Part shown: piece after piece, positions 51,927-61,396 of the stretch
How the letters are laid out: the number at the start of each line of letters is the position of its first letter
How positions within the stretch are numbered: the first letter of the stretch is position 1
Assembly: GCA_035468985.1 (NCBI GenBank)
Contig: DATISF010000038.1
Location: 31,652-95,651, forward strand
Reading direction: 5' to 3'
Length of the DNA: 64,000 bases
Source of the DNA: Thermoanaerobaculia bacterium
Lineage (GTDB): Bacteria > Acidobacteriota > Thermoanaerobaculia > Gp7-AA8
Made by a program: the position numbers and the translations under genes
The notes under the pieces: model-generated
Seen by the model: only the letters and a program-made list of their open reading frames with translations
Databases searched by the model: none
What the model was told of the DNA's origin: nothing

Positions 51927-52705
51927 CCATCCGTCCGTTGAATCAGGCTCTGCTCGAACGGCATCGGGATCCCGTTGAACTTCTCCTCTTCGGCGGCTTC
52001 ACGCTCATGTTCCTTCGCCTTGTCGGCCCGCCAGAACTCCGCAAATCCCTTCCCCATCACGCCCCGCATCCATTGCGGCGCCTCCTCGGGATCGTAGACG
52101 GGCAACTGCGACGCCGCGTCGGTCCAGAGCTTGAGGAACACAAACGAGATCAGCGTGACGCGCGGCAGGCCGAAGAATCCGGTGCCGACGACTCCGGCGA
52201 TGATCGCCAGCTGCACGAGGAACACGCGCCACAGCGCGCCCATGCTCATGTTGCGGATCCACGAGAACGGCCGCTCGCGCAGGCCGGCCATATCCATGGC
52301 GAACCCGATCACGAGAAAAATGGCGGCGGCGATGACACCGTGCAGCAGATTCGTCTTGTTGATCGTCTCGATGTCGTCGCCCAGCGCGAATTTGAGAAAG
52401 ACCACCTCCGCAAATGAGAAGATCAGCGCGAAGATGAGGAACGTCGTCGCGAAGTAACCGATTTTGCTGTCGTTCCTCGTGCGGCCGTTCGAGACCGACT
52501 TCACTTTCACTTCCAGGTAATGGCCGCGCTTTTTCGTTGCCAGCCGGTGCAGGTGAATGCGCACGAACACGAGGATGACGAACAGGACCGTCTCGCACCA
52601 GTACAGCGCCAGCGCGGTCGCGTTCGACCAGCCATCGAACATCACCCCGGCGACGGGAACGGAGTTGATCCCGATGAGCTGCGTCAGGCGGCCGAGACGA
52701 TTCAT
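51923..52705 (-). CDS. integral membrane protein (DUF6498-like, tentative)
   Basis: INSVPVAGVMFDGWSNATALALYWCETVLFV N-terminus and several TM segments. Confidence 0.6.
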   Translation of the reverse strand: MNRLGRLTQLIGINSVPVAGVMFDGWSNATALALYWCETVLFVILVFVRIHLHRLATKKRGHYLEVKVKSVSNGRTRNDSKIGYFATTFLIFALIFSFAEVVFLKFALGDDIETINKTNLLHGVIAAAIFLVIGFAMDMAGLRERPFSWIRNMSMGALWRVFLVQLAIIAGVVGTGFFGLPRVTLISFVFLKLWTDAASQLPVYDPEEAPQWMRGVMGKGFAEFWRADKAKEHEREAAEEEKFNGIPMPFEQSLIQRTDG

Positions 52706-52722
52706 GATGGGGTCGAGAGATG

Positions 52723-53157
52723 TTAGCCCAGGAAAGCGGCCGGATCACCGGTGCGGATCGTGCCGCCTTCGACGATCTCGCAGAACACGCCGCCCCGCCA
52801 GGCCGGCTTCAACGCGTTGCGAAGCCCTTCCTGCGCCTCGTCCATCCGCTCGCAGGGGCGGACCTCGCCGTCAACGCGCAGAACGGAGGTGCCGAGGCGG
52901 AGCATCCTGCCGCGGGAATCCGCGAGATCGAGGCCGCGAATCATCACATTCGCGCGCCGTGCCGCGGGATCGACGCCGATGCCCAACTCCGCCACCGCCG
53001 CGTCCCATGCCTCCTCGCTGATGATCGTGATCTGCCGCTTCCCGCCCTGATCCGCGCTGTCCTTCACTCCGCGGCCCGCAACAAGCTCGGCCTCATCGAC
53101 GCGATCCATGGGACCGCGATGCGCGCGCTTGATCCAGATCGAGGTGATCTGAGGCAT
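52723..53157 (-). CDS. MOSC-domain protein
   Basis: 144 aa with ...GEVRPCERM..., containing the conserved MOSC Cys. Confidence 0.85.
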   Translation of the reverse strand: MPQITSIWIKRAHRGPMDRVDEAELVAGRGVKDSADQGGKRQITIISEEAWDAAVAELGIGVDPAARRANVMIRGLDLADSRGRMLRLGTSVLRVDGEVRPCERMDEAQEGLRNALKPAWRGGVFCEIVEGGTIRTGDPAAFLG

Positions 53158-53165
53158 TCGTGCTC

Positions 53166-53243
53166 CGTCATCCTGAGCGAAGCGAAGGATCTCAGGTTGC
53201 GCGACCGAGATCCTTCGCCGTCCTTACGGCTCTGGATGACGTG
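53166..53243. repeat. short hairpin version of the REP family
   Basis: CGTCATCCTGAGCGAAGCGAAGGATCTCaggttgcgcgaccGAGATCCTTCGCCGTCCTTACGGCTCTGGATGACG, in a divergent gap. Confidence 0.8.
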
Positions 53244-53276
53244 AATGATAGGCTCTGGCGCGGAGGGTCCAAAGTC

Positions 53277-55679
53277 ATGCGCCGTTTCCTGCTTGCGCTG
53301 GTCTTCCTCGCCCCGGTCGCGGTGTTCGGCCAGTACCGAATGCCGCCGAAAGCGATCGCCGATGTGGTCGATGCGCCGCCGCCGCCGACGGCGAACGTCT
53401 CTCCCGACGGCAACTGGCTCCTGCTCCTGCAGCAGCCGCCTTTGCTGACGATCTCCGATCTCTCGCAGCCCGAGCTGAAGCTCGCCGGCATCCGCTTCGA
53501 TCCCGGGACGCACGACCAGTCGCGGCTCTTGTACAACACCGCGCTCACGCTGGTGCGCGTGAGCGACGGCCAGTCGCGTCCGGTCACAGGACTTCCGCCG
53601 TCGCCTCGCATGCGCTTCGCGACGTGGTCGCCCGACTCCGCGCACATCGCCTTCACCTTGTCGACGCGCGTCGCTGTCGAACTGTGGGTCGCCGACACCG
53701 CGACTGCCAAGGCCAGCCGGCTCTCATTTCTGATCCTGAACCAGACGCTGCCGCGGCGGCCCTACGAATGGATGCCCAACAGCCGCGCCATCCTCGCTCG
53801 CACGGTTCCGGGACAAGGAGCGCCGCCGGAAGCACCGCGCACGCCGTCCGGTCCGGCGATTCAGGAGAGCCGCGGCCGCAAAGCACCGGCGCGCACGTAT
53901 GAGGACATGCTGCGCGACGAGTCCGACGCGGCGCTTTTCGAGTACCACATGCAGTCCCGCCTTGCCCTCATCCCCATCTCCGGTGAGCCAACGCCCCTCG
54001 GCACCGCGGCGATGATCGTCCGCAATGTCCCCTCGCCCGACGGCCGCTTCATCGAGGTCGAGACCGTTCACCGCCCGTTCTCGTACACGGTTCCTGTCGA
54101 GCGCTTCCCGCGTCGCGTCGAGGTGTGGTCGTCTGCCGGACAGGTCGTGAAGCAGATCGCCGATCTTCCGCTCGCCGATCAGGTGCCGACCGACTTCGAC
54201 GCCGTGCGCACCGGACCTCGCAACGTCGAGTGGCGCGGCGACAAACCGGCCACGCTCGCCTGGGCCGAAGCGCAGGATCAGGGCAATCCGAGGAATGACG
54301 TGCCGAATCGCGATGCGATTTTCACGCTCGCCGATCCATTCACCGGCACGGCAGCAAAGCTGATGGATGTCCCGATGCGTTTCGAGCGCATCGACTGGGG
54401 AAGCGACTCCGTGGCGCTCGTCGACAGCCGCCGCTGGCGCGACCGCAAGATTCAGACCTGGCGGATCGATCCGAGCGGCAAGACAGCGCCGGAACTGATC
54501 TTCGACCGCTCATCCGAGGACCGCTACGGCGATCCGGGAGATCCGGTGACGAAGACCAACACCGCCGGTGTCGAGGTCCTTCGCGTGACGCCGGACGGCC
54601 GCGGCCTCTTCTTCGTCGGCGAAGGAGCTTCGCCGGAAGGCGCGCGCCCGTTCCTCTCGCGATTCGATCTGAACACGAAGAAGACGACGCGGCTGTTCCG
54701 CTCCGACGCGCCGTACTACGAGATGCCGGTCGAAATGCTCGACGATCGCGGCGAGAAAATCGTCACGCGGCGCGAGTCCGTCACCGAGCCGCCGAACTGG
54801 TTCGTGCGCGATCTGCGCAGAAAGCGGCCGCCGGTGGCGATCACCTCGATCCCGAATCCGACGCCGCAGATGGCCAACGTGAAGAAGGAGCTCATCCAGT
54901 ACAAGCGCAAAGACGGGGTCGATCTCAACGGCACGCTCTACCTGCCGCCGGGATACGACGCCCAGAAAGACGGTCCGCTGCCGGTGCTGATGTGGGCGTA
55001 TCCGGCCGAATTCAAGAGCGCCTCCGCGGCGAGCCAGGTGACAACCTCGCCCCATCGCTTCACCCGAGTGACCGGCACCGGATCGCCGATCGTGTTCGTG
55101 CTGCGCGGTTACGCGGTTCTCGACAACCCCACGATTCCCATCGTCGGCGAAGGAAAGTCGGAGCCGAACGACACGTACGTCGATCAGCTGGTGGCCGGCG
55201 CGCAGGCCGCGGTCGATGAGCTGGTGCGGCGCGGCGTCGGCGATCGCAATCGCATGGCCATCGCCGGACATTCGTACGGCGCGTTCATGACCGCGAACCT
55301 GCTCGCGCATTCCGATCTGTTCCGCGCCGGCATCGCCCGCAGCGGCGCGTACAACCGCACGCTGACGCCGTTCAGCTTCCAGGCCGAGGAGCGGACGTAC
55401 TGGCAGGCGCGCGACGTCTACACGACGATGTCGCCGTTCACCTACGCCGACAAGATCAACGAGCCGCTGCTGCTGATCCATGGGATCGACGACGACAACA
55501 CCGGCACGTTCCCGATCCAGAGCGAGCGCCTCTACCAGGCCCTCTCCGGCCTCGGCGGCACGGTGCGGCTGGTGATGCTGCCGAAGGAAGCGCACGGCTA
55601 TCGCGGGCGCGAGTCGGTGATGCACGTCCTGTGGGAAATGGACAACTGGCTGGAGAAGTATGTGAAAAACGCGAAATGA
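53277..55679 (+). CDS. S9 (prolyl oligopeptidase family) serine peptidase, secreted
   Basis: MRRFLLALVFLAPVAVFG signal; an N-terminal beta-propeller-like region; GHSYGAF (Ser), HGIDDDN (Asp) and EAHGY (His). Confidence 0.9.
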   Translation: MRRFLLALVFLAPVAVFGQYRMPPKAIADVVDAPPPPTANVSPDGNWLLLLQQPPLLTISDLSQPELKLAGIRFDPGTHDQSRLLYNTALTLVRVSDGQSRPVTGLPPSPRMRFATWSPDSAHIAFTLSTRVAVELWVADTATAKASRLSFLILNQTLPRRPYEWMPNSRAILARTVPGQGAPPEAPRTPSGPAIQESRGRKAPARTYEDMLRDESDAALFEYHMQSRLALIPISGEPTPLGTAAMIVRNVPSPDGRFIEVETVHRPFSYTVPVERFPRRVEVWSSAGQVVKQIADLPLADQVPTDFDAVRTGPRNVEWRGDKPATLAWAEAQDQGNPRNDVPNRDAIFTLADPFTGTAAKLMDVPMRFERIDWGSDSVALVDSRRWRDRKIQTWRIDPSGKTAPELIFDRSSEDRYGDPGDPVTKTNTAGVEVLRVTPDGRGLFFVGEGASPEGARPFLSRFDLNTKKTTRLFRSDAPYYEMPVEMLDDRGEKIVTRRESVTEPPNWFVRDLRRKRPPVAITSIPNPTPQMANVKKELIQYKRKDGVDLNGTLYLPPGYDAQKDGPLPVLMWAYPAEFKSASAASQVTTSPHRFTRVTGTGSPIVFVLRGYAVLDNPTIPIVGEGKSEPNDTYVDQLVAGAQAAVDELVRRGVGDRNRMAIAGHSYGAFMTANLLAHSDLFRAGIARSGAYNRTLTPFSFQAEERTYWQARDVYTTMSPFTYADKINEPLLLIHGIDDDNTGTFPIQSERLYQALSGLGGTVRLVMLPKEAHGYRGRESVMHVLWEMDNWLEKYVKNAK

Positions 55680-55688
55680 CGGGCGCGA

Positions 55689-56129
55689 ATGCTTGTCGCC
55701 GCAGTCACGTTGCTGTGGGCGATCGGGGCCTCCGCTGCCACCGACAAGCAGCTCGAGATCCGCGTTGACAAATACCTTGCGCCCTTGGTGAAGGCGCACG
55801 ACTTCAACGGCGTTGTCATCGTTGCGCGAGACGACAAGATTCTCGCGCAGAAGGCGTACGGACAGGCCGATTTCGACCTGAATGTGCCGATCGTGGTGCG
55901 GTCGCGTTTTCGGATCGCCTCCATGACAAAGGCGTTCACCGGCGCGGCGGTGGCGATGCTTGCCGAGCGCCCACGAGTTCAAGCGAGTTCCGTAGACTCA
56001 CTTCCAATGGTTCTGCGGAGCGCGACGCAGAATGTTCTCGTGTCACCACAAGAGGGTGACCCCCGCGCTATCACGGCCCCGCTCTTTCAGCCACGTTCGA
56101 CGATGCCGTTGCAAGGGCAGTCAACGTGA
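55689..56129 (+). pseudogene. truncated beta-lactamase-family serine hydrolase (N-terminal ~95 aa only)
   Basis: The signal peptide and SxxK (ASMTKAF) are intact up to AMLAER. After ~55968 the sequence loses family similarity and GC drops. Confidence 0.55.
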
Positions 56130-56150
56130 CCTGAAAGGAGGGCTGAGCCG

Positions 56151-57365
56151 ATGAAAGCATCCGACAGCATCCGCATCGTGGGGCATGTCCAAGCCGGCTT
56201 CGAGGCCGTGCGCGATGCGTTCGCTGAAAACTTCTCGCGCCGAAGGGAACTGGGCGGCGCGTGTTCCGTGTATCACCGCGGTGAAAAGGTCGTCGACCTG
56301 TGGGGCGGCGTGCGGAACAAGTCGACCGGCGAGCTTTGGCAAGAGGACACCATGGTCCTGGTCCACTCGACCACCAAAGGCCTCGCCGCGATGACTCTGG
56401 CGGTCGCCCATTCTCGTGGCTGGCTCGACTACGAGCAGCGCGTCTGCACGTACTGGCCGGAGTTTGCCCAGCAGGGAAAAGAAACGATCACGGTCCGCCA
56501 GCTGCTGGCGCACCACGCGGGTTTGTTCGCCCTCGATGAGCCGGTGAACAGGAGTGTGATCGCCGATCTCGACCGGCTGGCAGTCATCTTGGCGCGCCAG
56601 AAACCGGCCTGGGAGCCCGGCACGCGGCAGGCCTACCACGCCATCACTCTCGGCTACTACGAAAACGAACTGCTGCGAAGGGTCGACCCGCGCCATCGCA
56701 GCCTGGGACAGTTCTTTCAGGACGAAATCGCTTCGCCGCTGGGACTCGACTTCTACATCCGCTTGCCCGAGTCGATTCCGAACTCGAGGCTGGCCACGCT
56801 TGCGAGACCAGGTTGGATCGAAATACTGCGTGGGTTTCCCATCCGGTTCACGATCGCGGCGATCAATCCTCGTTCGAACATCCGTCGGGCGCTTGTTGGT
56901 TCCGAGCTCCCCGAGGCCGAGGAGCAGGGACGCATCTATGCCCGCAATCTCGAAATACCCTCGGGCGGCGGCGTCGGCACTGCCCGCGCAATCGCCCGCG
57001 CATACAGCGTATTCGCAACGGACGGAAGGGAACTGCAGTTGCGTCAGGCGACGCTGGATGCGTTGTCGGCACCCGCGATCCCTCCGACACACGGCTTCTA
57101 TGACCAGTGCATGCTGGGCGGCGACGTTCGGTTCTCGCTGGGCTTCATGAAGAACAGCCCCGATTGGCCGTTCGGAAGCGAGGGATCGTACGGAGCACCG
57201 GGATCCGGCGGTTCGATCGGCTTCGCCGATCCGCGGGCCGGAGTGAGCTATGCGTACGTGACCAGCCAGATGGGAACAGCGCTCACAGGAGACCCGCGAG
57301 ATCTCGCGCTGCGAGATGCGCTGTATTCCATCATCCCGCGCGCCAGGATCCAGGCGGCAGCGTAG
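56151..57365 (+). CDS. beta-lactamase-family serine hydrolase / esterase
   Basis: SD (gaaaggaggg); SxxK = STTKG; 404 aa. Confidence 0.88.
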   Translation: MKASDSIRIVGHVQAGFEAVRDAFAENFSRRRELGGACSVYHRGEKVVDLWGGVRNKSTGELWQEDTMVLVHSTTKGLAAMTLAVAHSRGWLDYEQRVCTYWPEFAQQGKETITVRQLLAHHAGLFALDEPVNRSVIADLDRLAVILARQKPAWEPGTRQAYHAITLGYYENELLRRVDPRHRSLGQFFQDEIASPLGLDFYIRLPESIPNSRLATLARPGWIEILRGFPIRFTIAAINPRSNIRRALVGSELPEAEEQGRIYARNLEIPSGGGVGTARAIARAYSVFATDGRELQLRQATLDALSAPAIPPTHGFYDQCMLGGDVRFSLGFMKNSPDWPFGSEGSYGAPGSGGSIGFADPRAGVSYAYVTSQMGTALTGDPRDLALRDALYSIIPRARIQAAA

Positions 57366-57485
57366 TGACGACGTCCATCTCGGCTGGAAAAAGACGCGAG
57401 CTCGCCGTCATGAATGCGTTGTCCGAGGTTGACGGGAAGGTAACAGCGCGCGTGGTAACGTCAGCACGCACGGGCCCGGATCGTC

Positions 57486-57887
57486 ATGCCTCATCACCTT
57501 CGCATTGCCAGGCCGGTCAGCGATATCGAACGCAGCAGGGACATGTACTGCCGCGGCCTCGGTCTCCGTGTCCTCGGGAGCTTCGAGAACCATGACGGAT
57601 TCGACGGCGTCATGATCGGCGTGGATGGAGCGAACTACCACTTTGAGTTCACCTACTCGCGCGGCCACCCGGTGCGTCCGGCGCCTACGGTCGAAGACCT
57701 GGCGGTGTTCTACATACCGCTGGCAGCAGAGTGGCAAGCCGCGTGCGCCAGGATGCTCGCTGCCGGGTTCAGACAGGTCACCGCGTTCAATCCCTATTGG
57801 GAAGCCAGAGGTCGCACATTTGAGGATCGGGATGGTTATCGGATCGTCCTGGAGCAAGCGGAGTGGATCAACATTGAGAACGATTGA
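57486..57887 (+). CDS. VOC/glyoxalase-family protein
   Basis: 133 aa with the pattern HLRIARPVSDIERSRDMYCRGLGL. Confidence 0.8.
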   Translation: MPHHLRIARPVSDIERSRDMYCRGLGLRVLGSFENHDGFDGVMIGVDGANYHFEFTYSRGHPVRPAPTVEDLAVFYIPLAAEWQAACARMLAAGFRQVTAFNPYWEARGRTFEDRDGYRIVLEQAEWINIEND

Positions 57888-58254
57888 GCGAGAAGACATC
57901 GAGACCTTCGCCGCGCAGTGGACGCAGTCCTGGAACAAACGGGACATCGAGCAGGTGCTCGCCCATTTCCATGACGACGTGGAGTTCACCAGTCCCACGG
58001 CACAGGCGGTCGTGGGCACGGCCACCGTGCGCGGCAAGCAATCCCTCCGCGATTACTGGATCAAGGCCTTGGCACGCCTTCAGTCGCTGCGATTCACCGT
58101 GGACAGGATCATGTGGGATGCGGCACGGCGCGAGCTGGCCATCATCTACACGTCCGAAACCGACGGGAAGACGAAGCGCGTCTCGGAAAACCTGACATTC
58201 GACGACGCCGGGAAAGTCGTTTCCGCCGAAGTCTTTCACGGCGTCGCCTCGTGA
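57874..58254 (+). CDS. SnoaL-like / NTF2-fold protein
   Basis: EDIETFAAQWTQSWNKRDIEQVLAHFHDDVEF. The start is uncertain (TTG 57874, a 14-nt overlap with the upstream gene). Confidence 0.7.
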   Translation: MRTIEREDIETFAAQWTQSWNKRDIEQVLAHFHDDVEFTSPTAQAVVGTATVRGKQSLRDYWIKALARLQSLRFTVDRIMWDAARRELAIIYTSETDGKTKRVSENLTFDDAGKVVSAEVFHGVAS

Positions 58255-59132
58255 CCTCCCATCCGACTCTGTTTCACGTCGATGTCTTCGCGACCGGCTC
58301 GCTGACCGGCAACGGTCTGACCGTGTTCTTGGATACGGACCATTGGCCTGCTTCTGCGATGCAACGGCTGGCGCAGGAGTCGAAGCAGTTCGAGTCCATC
58401 TTCTTGTCGTCGATCACGCCCAACAGCGCCAAAGCACGCATCTTCACTGTCGAAGAAGAACTGCCGTTCGCCGGGCACCCGGTCCTCGGCGCCGCCGCCA
58501 TCCTTCATCGCACGCAGGCTCCCTCAGCGGAGTCCCGCTCCTGGGTGCTCTCGCTTCCTCACGGAGAAATCGCCGTCACGACTGCCAAGCTGGAGACGCA
58601 CTACCTGTGCGAGATGAATCAAGGGAAGCCCATCGTGGGCCCGACGATTTCCGATGAAGCGGTGACTCCGATCCTGACCAGGCTTGGACTGCGCAACTCC
58701 GATGTCGCCAGCGGCTTGGATGCGCAAGTGATCTCGACGGGCTTGCCTTACCTGATCATCCCCGTCTCGCCCGCGGCATTGGCGAAAGCGAAAATCAGCG
58801 GGACCGATCTCGAAGCGCAGCTGAAGACGTTTGGAGCGAAGTTCGTCCTCGTTCTCGCCGTCGAAGCCCGCGAAATGAGAACCTGGGACAACCTCGGACA
58901 GGTCGAAGACGTCGCCACAGGGAGTGCTGCCGGACCGGCCGCCGCGTATCTCCTGAGCCGGGGTCTTGCCAGTCCGAAACTTCCGATCGAACTGGCGCAA
59001 GGCCGGTTTGCAGCCCGTCCAAGCAGGATCACGGTGACCGAGGATCAGAACCATGATCTTCTGGTTCGCGGCGAGGTCTGGCCCGTCAGTCACGGCACAC
59101 TCGATGTCGACCCGACGCAATCATGGAACTGA
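58251..59132 (+). CDS. PhzF-family isomerase
   Basis: LFHVDVFATGSLTGNGLTVF, PFAGHPVLG, EDVATGSAAG. The GTG start overlaps the upstream TGA (GTGA). Confidence 0.88.
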   Translation: MTSHPTLFHVDVFATGSLTGNGLTVFLDTDHWPASAMQRLAQESKQFESIFLSSITPNSAKARIFTVEEELPFAGHPVLGAAAILHRTQAPSAESRSWVLSLPHGEIAVTTAKLETHYLCEMNQGKPIVGPTISDEAVTPILTRLGLRNSDVASGLDAQVISTGLPYLIIPVSPAALAKAKISGTDLEAQLKTFGAKFVLVLAVEAREMRTWDNLGQVEDVATGSAAGPAAAYLLSRGLASPKLPIELAQGRFAARPSRITVTEDQNHDLLVRGEVWPVSHGTLDVDPTQSWN

Positions 59133-59437
59133 AGTGCCATCCACGTTCCCGGTCTGATCTGTTACCTGTGTGTCCGGTCAAAACCCGGTAGCATTTGCCG
59201 CCGCGCACGGACGGTCGTCTCTCGTTACGCGTTCCGGGGACTCGAACATCTCGTGATCTTCTTCTACTGTTTTCCTGGCGCTCATTCGATATCGGACGAT
59301 GATTCCCTTCCTGTTTGCGCTGCTCTTGCTGGAACACGTGGCCGGAAAACTGATTCTTCATTCCTGCCCATTGCAACGACTGGGTCGAGAAGGAAGAGCC
59401 CCGGCATCTCTCCAATTCCGTACGGGTTCGTCGCTCT

Positions 59438-59943
59438 GATCATCATTGGCCCGGCGCGATCGATGCGGAGCCAGGACAGGCAGGAGGTTCAATCCAATGC
59501 CATCGAATTCGACAACGAGCGCCACTGCAAAGACTTCATCCGGCTCAACGAGCTGTGGATCTCGGAACACTTTGCCATTGAAGAATCCGACCGGAACCTG
59601 GCCTAAGACCCATTCAGGATCGTCAGAGACGGCGGCCAGATCGTGAGTCTGATCGAAGGTGGCCGCGTTGTAGGCGTATGTGCTCTGTTCAAGGAGACCG
59701 ATCGACGTTATGAGCTTGCCCGAATGGTTGATCCGGTCGAACGGGCAAGGGCTACGGCGACACGCTGATCGTTGCGGCGATCGGGAAGGCCCGAGACAGC
59801 GGAGCAAAGACCATGTCCCCGCTATCCAATACGCGGCTCGCGCCCGCCATTGCTACCGAAAGCACGGGGTCAAACCGGTATCCGAGGGCCGGCACCCGGT
59901 CTATGCGCGCTGCAATATCGTCATGGAATTGAGTTTGGCGTAG
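59438..59943 (+). pseudogene. GNAT acetyltransferase pseudogene (one in-frame TAA plus two frameshifts)
   Basis: The reading frame has to be pieced together: ...WISEHFAIEESDRNLA-TAA-DPFRIVRDGGQIVSLIEGGRVVGVCALFKE..ELARM / GKGYGDTLIVAAIGKARDSGAK / YRKHGVKPVSEGRHPVYARCNIVMELSLA. Confidence 0.6.
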
Positions 59944-59952
59944 GGGGACGCA

Positions 59953-60282
59953 GTGGACATATCCGATACACCCTTCGGAACGACTGACTGGTCTCGTGTC
60001 GAACAAACCACCCGCAATGGCGAGCGCGGTCTCGCCCACTGGCGCACGCAGCACTTCGGCGGCATCCGCGTGCGCATGGTGGAGTACACGCCCGGCTATC
60101 TTGCCGATCACTGGTGCGTGAAGGGACACATCCTTCTATGCATCGAGGGCGAGCTTCACACGGAGCTCGAGGACGGCCGCACGTTCACGCTGCGGCCGGG
60201 CATGAGCTACCAGGTCGCCGACAATGCCGAGCCACACCGTTCCTCGACGGAGACGGGCGCGAAGCTCTTCATCGTCGACTGA
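59953..60282 (+). CDS. DHCW-motif cupin-fold protein
   Basis: 109 aa with ...GYLADHWCVKGHILLCIEGEL.... Confidence 0.75.
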   Translation: MDISDTPFGTTDWSRVEQTTRNGERGLAHWRTQHFGGIRVRMVEYTPGYLADHWCVKGHILLCIEGELHTELEDGRTFTLRPGMSYQVADNAEPHRSSTETGAKLFIVD

Positions 60283-60349
60283 CTCGCCGCGCGGTAGACC
60301 TCCGGGGGATTGGTGGGCCGGCGCTTCGCGAGTAGCATGAACGGCTCGT

Positions 60350-60637
60350 ATGGATCAGAAACAACGCAAGACCGCCCGCGGCCATCGCGATCAGCTGCTC
60401 ACTCTGGTGAACGGCTGGGACCCGGCCCGGCTGCTGCAGGCCGGCGCACCGCGCCACGAATACGGTCCTCTCGTCGACAAGCTGCTCGATCTCCTTTCGC
60501 GAAACGCGAGCAAAGAGGAAGTGGCCGGAATGCTCGATCGGGAAATCCGCGAGCACTTCGGCAAGACGGCCGAGGGCTCCGCTCAGTTCGCCGTGAAAGC
60601 GGTTACCTGGTACCAGACGCTGGCGTCCGAGTCGTGA
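60350..60637 (+). CDS. small hypothetical protein (DUF1871-like, tentative)
   Basis: NGWDPARLLQAGAPRHEYGPLVDKLLDLL pattern. Confidence 0.5.
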   Translation: MDQKQRKTARGHRDQLLTLVNGWDPARLLQAGAPRHEYGPLVDKLLDLLSRNASKEEVAGMLDREIREHFGKTAEGSAQFAVKAVTWYQTLASES

Positions 60638-60772
60638 AGGTCCAACTCACCGCCGGTTCCCCACCACCGCCCGCAGTTTCCGCAGCCGCAAATCCAGCTC
60701 CTCGGGCGTCATGCCTGCGTACTTCGTGGGTAGAAACCGGCGGCTGGACGCCTCGAATACGGCCACGCGCGG

Positions 60773-61100
60773 GTGTCGGCCGAGCCTCCGACGGGGATGC
60801 TCGACGACCTCGAGGCGTTTCAGCGGAAGCTGACTTCTTCGCCCGGCGTTGAGTCTCTGTCGGGCGTCATCCTTTCCGGCTCGACGTCACTTCCGGATCC
60901 CGATCCCGAACTCAACGATCTCGCGCAGCAGGGGAAGGCGGCCTTCATCCGAGCCTGCGCTCAATGCCACGGCGGCAGTCTTCATCCCGGCAGCTCGACG
61001 CCGGAAAACGAGCTTCGTGCGCCAGATCGTTCGCTATCACAACATTCAGACGGCCTGCCCGCATCCTGCGACTGACGGGTACGCCCCACTCCTGCAGCTT
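60773..61100 (+). pseudogene. c-type cytochrome/peroxidase-like fragment split across two frames
   Basis: AFIRACAQCHGG (CxxCH) is in one frame and FVRQIVRYHNIQTACPHP continues in another. No N-terminal part is present. Confidence 0.3.
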
Positions 61101-61396
61101 ACCGAAGCAAGCGTCATGTTGATATCCGCCCTGCCGGTTCGGCCCGTTCGGATCCTGGCCCATGGTCGGAGTTCGCGGAGCGCCGGGCGGCCACACCGCG
61201 ACCACCGCATGCGGGCCGGAGATCGCGACATTGAGCACCGGCATGACCGCGCGCCAGAGGTCGACGAACGTGTCGGAAGGCGCCACGTGGGTGATCGGAT
61301 CGACGAGCCGGACGTTCGCCGCCGATGGCATCGTCACGCGCAGGAGCGGCTGTTGCCGCCGAGATGAAGGTGATGTGAACAATTGCGCGAGCTGAG

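Noticed and set aside
59230-59250. tRNA 3'-end-like motif GGGGACTCGAAC (reverse complement of a T-arm GTTCGAGTCCCC) in the gene-free gap. It could have been an integration-site remnant.
   Set aside because: I could not fold the flanking sequence into T-stem, acceptor stem or anticodon arm. It is likely a chance match.
60945-61382. 145-aa minus-strand ORF immediately downstream of the giant surface protein, and a 22-codon ORF (MTPEELDLRLRKLRAVVVGNRR) at ~60650-60720 on the minus strand.
   Set aside because: No recognisable motifs. They overlap the split cytochrome-like fragment, and coding status cannot be judged from sequence alone.
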